Origin: Octopus sinensis
Taxonomy: Eukaryota
Assembly (NCBI RefSeq): GCF_006345805.1
Contig: NC_042998.1
Span: 23,498,001 to 23,562,000, forward strand
Direction: 5' to 3'
DNA: 64,000 bases
The stretch's first letter is position 1, and each line of letters begins with the position of its first letter. This document shows positions 1 to 12,034 of this stretch, in pieces. Below the pieces are notes generated by a model. It was not told the origin of the DNA. It ran no database searches and was given only the letters and a program-made list of their open reading frames with translations. The translations under genes and the position numbers were made by a program.

Positions 1-297
1 TCTCTTTGGCTGAACCGCTAAGTTATGGGGACGTAAACACACCAGCATCGGTTGTCAAGCGATGTTGGGGGGGGGGAAACACAGGCATACACACACACAC
101 ACATACCCCCCCCCCCCACACACACATATATATACATATATATGACGGGCTTCTTTCAGTTTCCATCTACCAAATCCACTCACAAGGCTTTTGGTCGGCC
201 CGAGGCTATAGTAGAAGACACGTGCCCAATGTGCCACACAGTGGGACTGAACCCAGAACCATGTGGTTGGTAAGCAAGCTACTTACCACACAGCCAC
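1..297 (-). mobile_element. SINE family A (tRNA-like head + CORE-like segment + internal microsatellite + 3' module), cut by window start
   Basis: Minus strand reads GTGGCTGTGTGGTAAG..GGTTCAGTCCC..GGCAC(A)TTGGGCACGTGTCTTCTACTATAGCC; same family recurs about 20 times in the window. Confidence 0.85.
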
Positions 298-915
298 AAA
301 CAATAAAGAGTCCTACCACACAAGTGTTCAGTGTTTTCTTGATACAGTGTACATTTTCTACTATACTTTGATCTAACAACCACAGACTTATAAAAGTACT
401 GAAGATTAAAACAAGTCATCGCAGAGCTATCTTTTCCCAGATATTGTTAATTGCTTAAAAAGTTTGTTCTGTAACCTCACAGGTTTGGCTTATATCTTCT
501 ATTACTTCTATCTTCATTCGCAAGGCTGACTAAAGTATTGTCTATGAAATTTGGTTGTTAAATCGTGTGCAGAAGTCCATCACATAACTGAAATGGCAAA
601 AGCAAAAAAATGTGTAAAAAGAAAAGAAATCTTTATGGTATGTTCCTGTACATAAATGAGGGCTTAGCCATTCATCACTTACAACACTAATAAAATAAGT
701 ACTTTGGTTGATATAATTGACGAAAACTCTTGAATGTGGTACCCCTGGATGTTCATCGTCCAAACACTGAAACAATAAAAAAAAAAACAGAAATACTGGT
801 TAAATGTTGAATACATTTTTTTTTAAGATATTCAAATCTTGTTGACTTTATGGTATTTGGGTACCTTAAACTGAGTCTGACCTATTGAAGTGAGCTTCTA
901 TATTTTATAGTGAAA

Positions 916-1226
916 GCATGTGGCTTGGTGGTTAGGGGTATTTGGATCATGTTCATAAGGTCGTGAGTTCAATTCTTGGAGATACGTTATGTCCTTGAGC
1001 AAGACACTTTATTTCACATTGCTCTAGTTTCCTCTGCTGGCAAAACTGAGTTGTACTTGTACATTCAAAGAGCCATCCTTGTCACATTCTGTAATTTCTG
1101 AATTTCCCAAAGAACTACATTAAGTCTGTGGAGTGCTCAGCCACTTTCATGTTAATTTCATGAGCAGGCTGTTCCATTGATCAGACCAAGTGGAGCCCTT
1201 ATCAGCATAACTGACCAAGTGCCAGT
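916..1226 (+). mobile_element. SINE family B (tRNA-like head, CORE-like middle)
   Basis: A-box-like TGGCTTGGTGG, B-box-like GAGTTCAATTC, then GTCCTTGAGCAAGACACTTT; homologous to 11735-12034, 23966-24262, 30953-31125, 46487-46808. Confidence 0.75.
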
Positions 1227-3145
1227 TTGTGTATTTTATAATATGAACAGGTAAGCACAAGTTAGGTGCATACCTCATGTTTATTTGTTGTTGTTTCCAG
1301 TGTTTATAAGAATCTGAAGAGATAAACTCTATAAATTGTTGTTTCATTTACTAAGTGCACAATTGCTAAGCACATAATAAAATAGAAAAATTTCTTTCCA
1401 TTGCAATAAAGCTAGAATTGCGATTATTCTATCCGTTCAACTACACCTACCCGTTTATATATATTACACACTATTGCATGAGATACCCCAATGCATTATA
1501 GGAGAGAGAATTATATCCAGAAATCACATGAGAATAAAAATGAATTTGTATTTTCTTTCATGTTGTCATTGAATTTTTTTGAAATACAAAAATAGTTTTG
1601 GTTAGTAAATGGCAAAGAAATTTTTTTATCTATTAAAGCTGAGAAAAAAATTTCATGTACTGAGAAAAAAATGTCATGTCATATACTATAAGATAAACAC
1701 ATGTCGGAAATATATTTTGTAGATCTTGTATATATATTCTAATTTCTGAATTTCCTTCTTTACGGGAATATCCCAAGCAGTTACTATCAACATAATATAT
1801 TTTCTAAAGAATTATGCCAATTACTGTATGAAAAATTACCTACCTGTTATAATCTGATGAAACATTTGCTACTGAATTGATTCTTTTGACTTCAAATGCT
1901 CAAATTCTCTACTCTAAAATTATGATGACTATTTTCATAATAATTATGTTGTAAATTATACAATATTTTTATTCTTGATATTTCTTGTCCATTTTATTTC
2001 CCACAGCTTTTATCAGAATATTTTTACACTTACTTATTCTCAACTGACAATACATCTGCATGTTGTGTTGCAGTAAAATTTGAGGAAACCCATAGTGTTT
2101 TACATCAACGAATGGCAATACAAATAGTTCAAACAATGCAATATAGTTTATGTGATGAAGAAAAGAAGTCTAATGTTTCAAGTAGACCCATTTTTTTTTC
2201 TGATCAAGTATTCTGTCAGAAATGTTAGACTCCACTTCGTTCTTATGGCATACAATTTGTTTTGAACCATTTTTACATAGTTTGTCTCTTTTCTGAATAT
2301 AATTTGCTCTATTACAACCATTATCTTACAATTTCCTTTTATATATTTCCATATAACATTGATTATGTTATATTGGAGTCAATCTTTTATGGATGCCGCT
2401 TTTAGTTATGCTTAACAAAAATAGTTTTGCTTTTCATAACTATCAGACATATTCAGAAAATATGAGAAAGATGTATATGTGAAATGGGAAAAAAATTAAA
2501 AGAACAAAGCAAGTAATATTGTGTGACATTATTAAAAGAAAGCTTGTTATATGTCCTGTCAAAAAAAAAAAGCGAAGAGAATGGGTGAGTGAAGCAAAAA
2601 AGAAGAATGATAAGTTAACCATTTAATTGTTAATAATATTTTTTTTTACAAGTTAATGAAAGGAGCAGAAGCTGTTTCTATGGTATTTGTAATATATTTT
2701 GTTTTTATTAGTTTGGTTTGGTGAGATCAATACAATTAATGTTGTTCTTAGACAGTTGTAAGCTGACAGCTGCAGGAAAAATATGCAGGGTGGGAATTCT
2801 AGAGGGTTAATGTTTTAAGAAGAAATAAAGGTTTGGCAAAGTCATGAGTATAAAACCTTGAGTGATTGACACAATAGAGATAGCAAGAGGATTAGGGATG
2901 AGTAAGTCAGGCTACCCAATTGGAGGTGTTACAAAACTAGCCAACTCTAAGGGGTAGAGATGGCTGTTGAGGTAGAAATGGGAATATTGTCTTAACACCC
3001 TACTATTTAATTATTTTTATTAGTAATCAATGGATGAAGGTAGTAAACAGTCTTTTTAATCTCTCTTAGACTGAGGGCTGATTGAATGCGGTTAATTAAA
3101 TTAATGATTAATTTCATATGTAGAAAGTTATTGTTTAGCTGTGGG

Positions 3146-3489
3146 TAAGTTCTGGCTTAGTAGATGTAGAATTAAGGGCATTCCAGCTGTGACCATCCTG
3201 TCTTTTAGCCTATTAGGAGCTACATAGTCTAGAATATCTTTCTTTATGGAAGATGCTAGTGTGTTATTTGAAGGAGAATTGGATGTTTTTAGCAAGCTGA
3301 ATGACCCTGTAGAGAGTAAGTTCTGGCTTTGTAGATGTAGGACTAAGGGCATTCCAGCTGTGACCATCCTGTCTTTTAGCCTATTAGGAGCTACATAGTC
3401 TAGCATATCTTTCTTTATGGAAGATGCTAGTGTGTTATTTGAAGGAGAATTTGCTGCTGTTTTTAGCTAGCAGAATGACCCTGTAGAGG
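3146..3489. repeat. Two-copy tandem duplication, 171-bp period
   Basis: TAAGTTCTGGCT starts at 3146 and 3317; the minus-strand ORF 3128-3406 repeats LDYVAPNRLKDRMVTAGMPL 57 aa apart. Confidence 0.9.
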
Positions 3490-3636
3490 CTACCTTGTTA
3501 AAACTGAACAATTAGACATAACATATATGTAGATCTTGTGAAATGCAGTGTCAGAAAAGAAGACTTTGACTATTATTTCTGTACACCAATGAGTAACCTC
3601 AACTTGATTGCCCAACCTATGAGAAACATCAGACAA

Positions 3637-4031
3637 ATCTATATATATATAAAAATTTGTTGCCTGTGTGTAGCAGGTTTGGTAGCCTTTAACTAACACT
3701 ATCTCCTCTGAGACCCTGTGGCACAAGTTGACCAAAATTGAGAGTATGATAGAAGAAGGCTTGCTCTTCCTTCCATAGCAGATAAAATTCAAATCGAACC
3801 ATGTTAAGACCAAAAATTATTTACATCAAAAAGGTGCTTTTTTTTCCATGAAAATCCCTAATTTTTTACGATATTTTGACTGCTGTGTTGCCATTTTTCG
3901 ATGTATTTCAACCAGAAAAACGTTCACTTAAAGAGAATAACAAGCTACATAATGCAAAAGTTTTAATTTTCAAAAACTTCAGTTGTAAAGGGTTGAAACA
4001 AACCTGAGCAACTCTGGGCAATACTGCTAGT
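3637..4031 (-). mobile_element. Non-autonomous Helitron/Helentron-like element (HINE/DINE-like)
   Basis: Minus strand starts ACTAGCAGTATTGCCCAGAGTTGCTCAGG and ends ..TTTTATATATATATAGAT; homologous to 4692-5088. Confidence 0.6.
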
Positions 4032-4691
4032 CTCTTTTAAAATCACACTCTGTCATAGTAGAAAAAGGACACATTAGGTAATGTAATCACTTATAGACTT
4101 AAAAAGACAAGAAGGTCATGGTCGGAATTCTCTTTTTCATAACAGACATTGATTAGAGCTAAACAACAGCTACGACAACGACAATAACAACAACAACCTC
4201 TAGATGTTCATGTATTAATATCAAATTTGCAAATGAAGAAACTGAGTTAAATTTCCACAGATGTTTGACTGCTAGTATTGTCTGTTTGGAAAGCATTATT
4301 GATATTAAAGCTCTTAAACCAGTATCATTTCAAATGATTACCCCTAAACATTGGTTTATAGCATAAACGAGTCTGAGGTTCTTTGATATCATTTTAATCT
4401 TTTCTTCCATGCAAGAATAAGGCTTGCAAGTTATCCGATAATTATAAACCTTTACAATCAATAAACAGCTATAGATTTCTTAGTTCAAACCTCACAGTTT
4501 TAATCCTTCGTATTCATTGATTGTTTAAGAGCAGCCATAAATAAAGGTAGGTGTGAATGTGTGGTTTACGAAGTTTGCTTTGTAACCCTGTGGTTTAGGA
4601 TTCATTCCCACTGTGTGGCAGTGTGGGCAGGCACCTTCTGCTATGTCCTTTGGTTCATAAAAGCGAATACACACACATCTCTTTTTTATAT

Positions 4692-5088
4692 ATTAGTAGT
4701 ATAGCCCGGCGTTGCTCAGGCTTGTTTTCTTTTCAACCCTTTAGAATTGGAATTTTTGAATAGTAAAAATTTTGCATTATGTAGCTTGTTATTCTCTTTA
4801 AGTGAACATTTTTCTGGTTGAAATACACCGTAAAATAGTGACACAGCAGTCAAAAAATCGTAAAAAATAGGGATTTTCATAGAAAAAAAAAGCACCTTTT
4901 TAATGTAAATAATTTTTGGTCTTAACATGGTTCGATTTGAATTTTATCTTCTATGCAAGGAAGAGCAAGCTTTCTATCGTCCTCTCAATTTTGGTCAACT
5001 TGCGCTGCAGGGTCTTGGAGGAGATAGTGTTAGTTGAAGGCTACCAATCCTGCCACACACAGACAACTTCAGCTTTATATATATAGAT
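4692..5088 (+). mobile_element. Non-autonomous Helitron/Helentron-like element, second copy
   Basis: Starts ATTAGTAGTATAGCCCGGCGTTGCTCAGG, ends CAGACAACTTCAGCTTTATATATATAGAT; inverted relative to 3637-4031. Confidence 0.6.
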
Positions 5089-5825
5089 AAGGAACCCTTT
5101 TTTGTCAAAAATTAGATTAAAAAAATATGGAAGTTTCTTATACACGGATAATATCATAATACCTTACAAAACTTTTTTGCCAAATTTTAAACTGCCAAAA
5201 TTAGAGGGTTCTTTATATACAAGGGTTCCTTATACATGTTAAAATACAGTATATCTATAATAATAATGTTAGCTTCTGTAAATATTTATTATAACTATTG
5301 TCATTTAACTCCAGGCCAGCTCTAAATAAGGAAAACTTTGATTAGAAGCATTCATGCCATGAATATCCCATCTTTGTAAAGACAGAAGTATATGAATTGA
5401 GTGAGTTTGACAGCTGTTTCATGCAAATTGGGTTACTGCATAGAGGCTCTGGTGTTTGCTCATGCATAAATAGTTTAAGTTTCTTACAGATGATTAACTC
5501 CCAGGAAACTTTGTTTCTAACTTTGGTTTCTGTTTCCTGTTGGAACTATTTTTTAATCCCTGTACTTGTCTTTGATGATAAAAAAAGGAAAAGAAAAAGG
5601 AAGGATGTGACTATGATATCTTACCTTTCACCTTCCCTTGATGGATCTTAAAGTCTTCATACCTGCTTAGAGGAAATTAGTTTTAGTACACTGGTTTACA
5701 GAAAGTACACACATGTACTAAAAATAAAAATTTCATATGTTCATTCATAGTAATCTTTATCTAGAAATGGACATAATTTAGGGATTAAGTTACAACTAAC
5801 ATAACAGAAATAAATATATTCTGTA

Positions 5826-6188
5826 AGTGCAGTTGTGTTTGAGTGGTAAAAAGCTTGCTTTCCAATTACATGGTTCCAGGTTCCGTCCCACAGCGTGGCA
5901 CCTTGTGAAAATGCCTTCTACTAATATGTGTGTATGTGTGTGTGAGCGTGTGTGTGTGAGTGTATGTGTGTAGGTGTTTGTGTTTGTCCCCCACCCCACC
6001 ACTTGATAATCACTGTTGGTGTATTTATGTCCCCGTAACTTAACGATTTGGCAAAAGAGACTGATAGAATGAATAGGCTTTAAAAAATAAGCACTGGGAT
6101 TGATTCATTTGACTAAAATTCTTCAAAGCCCCAGCATGGCCACAGTCTAATGACTTAAAACAAGTATTAATAGATAAAGGATAAAATA
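5826..6188 (+). mobile_element. SINE family A (diverged, internally deleted)
   Basis: Head, (TG)n and 3' module CCCCAGCATGGCCACAGTCTAATGACT present. Confidence 0.75.
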
Positions 6189-6299
6189 TGTATTCTTGCC
6201 TTATTGGATTAATTAATTGTTAATTGCTTGTTATTATTTATGTTCATAAGATGACATATTAATAGAAATGGGAGAGCACCAGACTAGCTTTTTTTATAT

Positions 6300-6550
6300 T
6301 TTTCATTTGTTTTAGTCATTAGACTGTGGCCATGCTGGGGCACCACCTTAAAAAAATTTTAATTGAATGAATTGACTCCAGTACTTACTTTTTTAAAGCC
6401 TGGTACTTATTCTATTGGTCTCTTTTGCTGAACTGCTAAGTTACAGGGATGTAAACACACCAACACCGATTGCCAAGTGGTAGGTGGACAAATACAAACA
6501 CAAAGACACACAGACACACACCACACACATACACACACCACACACACACA

Positions 6551-6582
<32 letters not shown>

Positions 6583-6772
6583 TGCACAAACAGACACACA
6601 CACACTACACACATACATGATTACACAATGGGCTTCATGGAGTTTCCATCAACCAAATCCACTCACAAAGCTCTAGTCAGCCTGAGTCTATAGTATAAGA
6701 CACTTGCCTTTGGTGCTGCACAGAGGGACTGAACTCAGAACCATGTGGTTGGGAAGCAAGCTTCTTACCACG
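6300..6772 (-). mobile_element. SINE family A
   Basis: Reverse-complement head at ~6735-6772, (CA)n 6500-6620, 3' module 6300-6480. Confidence 0.8.
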
Positions 6773-7627
6773 AATATGTTAACACAAATTTACATGAAAG
6801 CCTTACAGATACTTTTATTTTGTTCCAAGGACCAGATCTCATATTCCAACAGTTTCCACTTTACTTTTAAACTATAAAATTATATACAAAAATATTGTAT
6901 GTTGTCAAACAAAAATTAGCTGTTGACGTTTCGAATCACCACTACAGAAGGATTTGTATAAATTCTTGAGGCCGATGCTTTGTTTTGTGTTAGGAGTTTC
7001 TATAGGGTCACTGAGCCTGCCAAAAAGAGTAGCCAGATCTCCTCTGAGTTGCATGCCACTGTCTTAAAAAAGACTCATTGGATAATACAACCCTAGACAC
7101 ACCATGTTTGAAAATAAGATGATCATTGCTAGAATGCCTTTGACCACTTAATCCCGGCTTGCCTGGGGCCACCCTGGGACTGAAAAAGTGATTGCTATAA
7201 GTGAGATTGTAACATTGCTATTAGGCTGAGTAGCACATTGTGCTTTGTCTTCCAGAAGACAAAGCTGCCTTACTAATTAAGAACTGTGTCTTGTCAGACT
7301 CAGTTCTTAACTAAATGCCAGTATTGTATAATGTTTCATAATAACCAAAATCAATAATAAAATATCAGTTTTATGATAATTTTTTATGTTATGGATTCCA
7401 GATACTGATAATGGTTAACACATTCCTAAATTGCCTTTGATAGGTCTATTTCGCTTGTTCTTAATGGTTGAGATTTTTAGAATATATAATATATCAGGCC
7501 ATAATCGAAAGTATGTCTGGAATGAAATTCCATTTAAGGAATGGAGTAAAACTTTAGCTTTGGATGAACTCTAAGATAAATTACTCTTCTTGTATTGAGT
7601 ACTCTGTCTTCTTGTTTTCACCTCTAA

Positions 7628-7812
7628 ATATTCACAGATAAGCACAGACAGACAGACAGACAGATTCACACACACACACACACACACATCCATGCACACA
7701 GATGTATATACATACACAACCACACACACACAAGCATGCACACACATAAACACACACATGCATACACACACACACACGCACGCGCACGCACACACACACA
7801 CACACACACACC
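7628..7812. repeat. Compound (ACAG)n/(CA)n microsatellite
   Basis: Direct reading; source of His/Thr and Cys/Val pseudo-ORFs. Confidence 0.9.
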
Positions 7813-8532
7813 AAGTTTTGGAAAAAAGAAGAATGCTCAAACAGCATGATGAAAACGACGGTCTTGAGGATGGCATGACTGCCAATGGTGAAATTATACA
7901 TGTTTAAGGATGAACATACATTAATTTATTATATCATTTATCTATTTCTGTTACTCAATTTCTCAATCAACTATGAAGATTTGTTGTTCTGCTATTGATT
8001 TCTGAAGCATTTCCGTATCACTCTTCTCTAAGACTTGATCGATAGAACTGTGTATAATCATTCACTTTTAATTCCTGTACATTACCATATTAGCTAAACA
8101 TCCATTGCTCATGCCCAAATGAATTACATTGTGTTTTCATTCAGAAACAGATTTTAGAACTGTCTCACTTGAATCCGCAACAGATCTTCTATGCAGATCT
8201 GTTGGCGTATAAGCTTGATGAAAAGAGAAAATATGTGCTTGCTAATTTGTCTTCTTCTTTATATTTATGCATTCAAATATAAACATAATGTCTTTTAGTT
8301 GCTGAGGCAACACTGTTGCATTGTGGTAATTCAAAGATGGATACTGATACTCAATTGGAGCTTCTCTGTTATCTCCCCTTGGCCCTCTGGAGGATTTGAG
8401 TTTAACATTACAAACTAAAATTTCAGCCGTCACCTGTCTGTCTGTCTCTTCGTGTCTCCCCACTCTCTCTCTCTATCAACAGTGAACTATATCTCTTTCA
8501 TGTTTTCTATTCACAACAAAATGGATTGTGCT

Positions 8533-8594
<62 letters not shown>

Positions 8595-8599
<5 letters not shown>

Positions 8600-9155
8600 G
8601 CCCTGATGCAGTACCAGGCAGTGGCTCTCATGGCTTCTGATCTTAACTGATTGGAAGTGTTATCATGTACATTGTTTTGTCTTGGTATAAAAGATGGGCT
8701 ACAGCAAATATTCTGCTCAATACCACAGATTTGCTTGTCAGTTGTTTGACCTTAACCAGTTGAGCATGTCCCTTAGTGGCTGACGATATGTGCATCTCTG
8801 ATCACGAGCAGAAGTAGTGGGGGAGCATCATAGCCATGTGTTGAGAGGGATTCTTTGGGGTTTGAATAGTTCACCTCTGGAAACATGGGTGGTTCTTTCA
8901 ACATCCTTAAACAACCCTTATTCAGGGACCTTTTGAGCGGGATGGGCTACTCAACCTGAAGAAAATTCAAACTGGGCCCCACCTGCAAGGTCATGTGCTG
9001 TTTATCTTGATATGAGATCACCATGTCGCGCACATATAGTTGTGATGCATGTACCTGGTGTACCTTTATCAGACGGGTAGTCATGATGGGTATATTGGGC
9101 TTCGTATATTTTACCCCAGTGTCACTTTGATGGCATGAACTGCTCTCTCACTCAA
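8595..9155 (+). mobile_element. ~560-bp non-coding interspersed element D flanked on both sides by (AAT)n
   Basis: AAATGCCCTGATGCAGTACCAGG...CTCTCTCACTCAA; close copies at 13748-14292 and 44099-44623; (AAT)n at 8535-8596 and 9156-9172. Confidence 0.85.
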
Positions 9156-9372
9156 TGATAATAATAATAATAAAATTATTGTATACAGTGCTCAGGTGCA
9201 CCACAACTTGTCAAAAGTGTGTATAGAGCATATACAGTAATGTACAAATGTCTGGAATGTGAACAGTGTATGAGTCAGATACATGCTTGCATGTGTATGG
9301 AGGGGAGAAAATCAGGTGCAGTGTTTGCGAATCTCAGGAAGCATGGAAGTTTTGAAGGATGCAGTTGAAAGT
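9156..9372 (-). mobile_element. Probable short LINE 3' end with (ATT)n tail
   Basis: Minus strand reads STASFKTSMLPEIRKHCT* then UTR-like sequence ending in TTATTATT; clade unclear. Confidence 0.3.
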
Positions 9373-9906
9373 TAATTTCCCTTATCAATGAATCATTATA
9401 TGTGTGTGTGTGTGTGTGTTTGTGTGTGTGTGCATGCATGCATGTGTTATATGAACGTGTATGTCTATTGGGGATGAGTTTAGGCTGAACTGATTGCTTG
9501 GAATATACCTCCAAGCCCACAAGAGCTCCTAAACTGAGATAGATTTGAAGCAAAGAAATGTTTATTTGAAAACCCATTAATACCATGCAGCTAGATAAAA
9601 TATTAAAAACGCATCTTTTACACATTTAAACACACAAAACATTTTCTTGGTTCTCATATTTTTGTTGTTGTTTTTAAACTCCTGTTCAACCCTGACTGAG
9701 TAAACCAGGATGAAAAACATTCCAGCCATGATCATCCTCTACATAGTAGTCTTTCCTATTTTTTAAGACTACGGAATGTGATTTGGATGCTGTTTCTAGC
9801 AGCTCAAATGACTGCAGTAGAAGCTTTCTCATTGACTTCTTGACTCTCACACTGTTAGCAAAGCAGCCAAGATTTGTTACATTCTAGAAGTTAATATATA
9901 TATAAA

Positions 9907-10085
9907 GCACAGGAGTGGGTGTGTGGTGAGTAGCTAGGTGCAGGAGTGGCTGTGTGGTAAGTAGCTTGCTTACCAACCACATGGTTCTGGGTTCAGTCCC
10001 ACTGCGTGGCACCTTGGGCAAGTGTCTTCTACTATAGCCTCAGGTCGACCAAAGCCTTGTGAGTGGATTTGGTAGATGGAAACTG

Positions 10086-10123
<38 letters not shown>

Positions 10124-10325
10124 TCTGTGTTTGTCCCCCCAACATCGCTTGACAACCGATGCTGGTGTGTTTACAACCCTGTAACTTAGCGGTTTGGCAA
10201 AAGAGACTGATAGAATAAGTAGTAGGCTTACAAAGAATAAGTCCTGGGGTCGATTTGTTCGACTAAAAGCTGTGCTTCAGCATGACCAGAGTCAAATGAC
10301 TGAAACAAGTAAAAGAGTAAAGAGT
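9907..10325 (+). mobile_element. SINE family A, full length with duplicated head start
   Basis: GCAGGAGTGG(G/C)TGTGTGGT occurs twice, then CORE-like segment, (TG)n, 3' module and TAAAAGAG tail. Confidence 0.85.
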
Positions 10326-11017
10326 ATATATATGTATATAAATAGAATTTATGTCTAAGAATTCATCTCGAGTAACAGAGAGTAGTCACCATGTTTTTTC
10401 TGTACCTGCCACCCCTGAAGAGCATTTGGTGTTACTTAACTGTGCAGTTATATAATATCCAGTTACTTAATACCCAGTGTAAAACTGATTTGTAAGATTG
10501 GCTGAAATGGATCTATAATGCTCTTTACTTTGATTAATACATACATACTTATATACACACATTCATGCTCAGACACATATACACATATGTATAATGTATA
10601 TATGTGTGTATATAATTAAAAGCTATATTTATATATAATAATCAATGAAATATGAGACAAAATATATGCCTTATATGTTTTCATATTTTTGCCAACAATT
10701 TAAACTGTGGTAACATATGCAATGGAAAATTGATTTCAAAAATATTTCGTTCATTTATAGTCACATAGTTACAACTTTATAGAAAAGGCTAAGGAGAGGT
10801 TGTTGTGACCTGGTTGTCTCTCTCATTGCCATTAACAGTGTAAATGTGATGAATTTGCCTTTCTCCTGAATCCAAACAATTGTGGACTCATAACTCTGGA
10901 AGTTGATTTTGTTTTCTAAAAACATTAAAAAGCAAAACTAAGTCACCCTTTTGTCTGCAGTACAGTAGATGCAATAAACTTTACAAGTGCTGTTGCAGCT
11001 AACTATTCTCAGCGATC

Positions 11018-11469
11018 CTTTGGCATGTGATCTACAAGGGAGATTACTTTAGGTTACTTTTTAAATCATTTTATACGTGGTTAGCATTGTAAATGTATTT
11101 TGTTAAAAATTCTTACTATTTTAATTATAAGAAGACCATATAATAATTAAAATAAGCAAGTAGATCACCCACCAAAGTAAATTTGTTCACATAGATCTCG
11201 CGGAAAGCAGCACTAACACAAAGTAAACTAAAAAGTAACCTAAAGTAATCTCCCTTTAAATTGTAGATCACACGCCAAAGTGGCACCTTTCTTTTTCTTA
11301 AGAAATGATATGAATTTAATGCTGGTTTTTTGTAAAAATGCAACTGCCATTGTCTCATCACTGATCACAGTGGAAAACTCTTTAGACAACATCTTACGAA
11401 TTTTTAGAAATTGAAAAGTAAACCAAAAATTAACCTAAAGTAACATCCCTCATAGATCACATGCCAAAG
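11018..11469. repeat. ~44-bp motif in one inverted and two direct copies (MITE-like)
   Basis: CTTTGGCATGTGATCTACAAGGGAGATTACTTTAGGTTACTTTT (11018-11061) is the reverse complement of 11231-11280; a third copy at ~11427-11469. Confidence 0.75.
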
Positions 11470-11734
11470 TAGCATCATATTCTCTGTACATGAGCTACAT
11501 TTAATGTTGTGGTTCTCTATAATCTGCTAGACACTACCCAAATGTTGGCATTTAGTACACAGTAATAAAAAGCTACTGACTCCCTTTCTATATGTGATGT
11601 AAGGCTATTTCTCATTTAACACCTATTTCTTTATTTTAGTAATTAGTTCTTTGCTATATTGGCATTTAGGCTTTTTGGTTCAACATTATTCTTCCATGTT
11701 TAGAATATTCTATGCAATTCTTCTTTTGCACTCT

Positions 11735-12034
11735 CTTGGTTACGATGACTTGATCCAATGAATGGAACAGCCTGCTCCTGAAATTAACGTGCAAGTGGTT
11801 GAGTGCTCCACAGACACACGTACCCATAATGTAGTTCTCAAGGAGATTCAGCATGACACAGAATGTGACAAGGCTGACCCTTTGAATTACAGGTATTGCT
11901 TATTTTTATTAGCTGAGTTGACTGGAGCAATGTGAAATAAAGTATCTTGCTCAAGGACACAATGTGCTACTGGGAATTGAACTCATGACCTTATGATCAC
12001 ATACCAAAATACCCCGACCACTAAGCCATCTGCC
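11735..12034 (-). mobile_element. SINE family B
   Basis: Reverse complement of 916-1226 family motifs. Confidence 0.7.

Noticed and set aside
2074-2228. Possible exon after TGTTGCAG reading KFEETHSVLHQRMAIQIVQTMQYSLCDEEKK..
   Set aside because: No recognisable homology or clear donor; a ~50-codon open frame is not enough evidence.
6925-6960. GACGTTTCG (minus-strand CGAAACGTC), the 3' half of a hammerhead
   Set aside because: No CTGANGA partner at a workable distance.
8770-8830. CTGACGA inside element D as a hammerhead core
   Set aside because: Followed by GAAG rather than GAAA, with no coherent stems.
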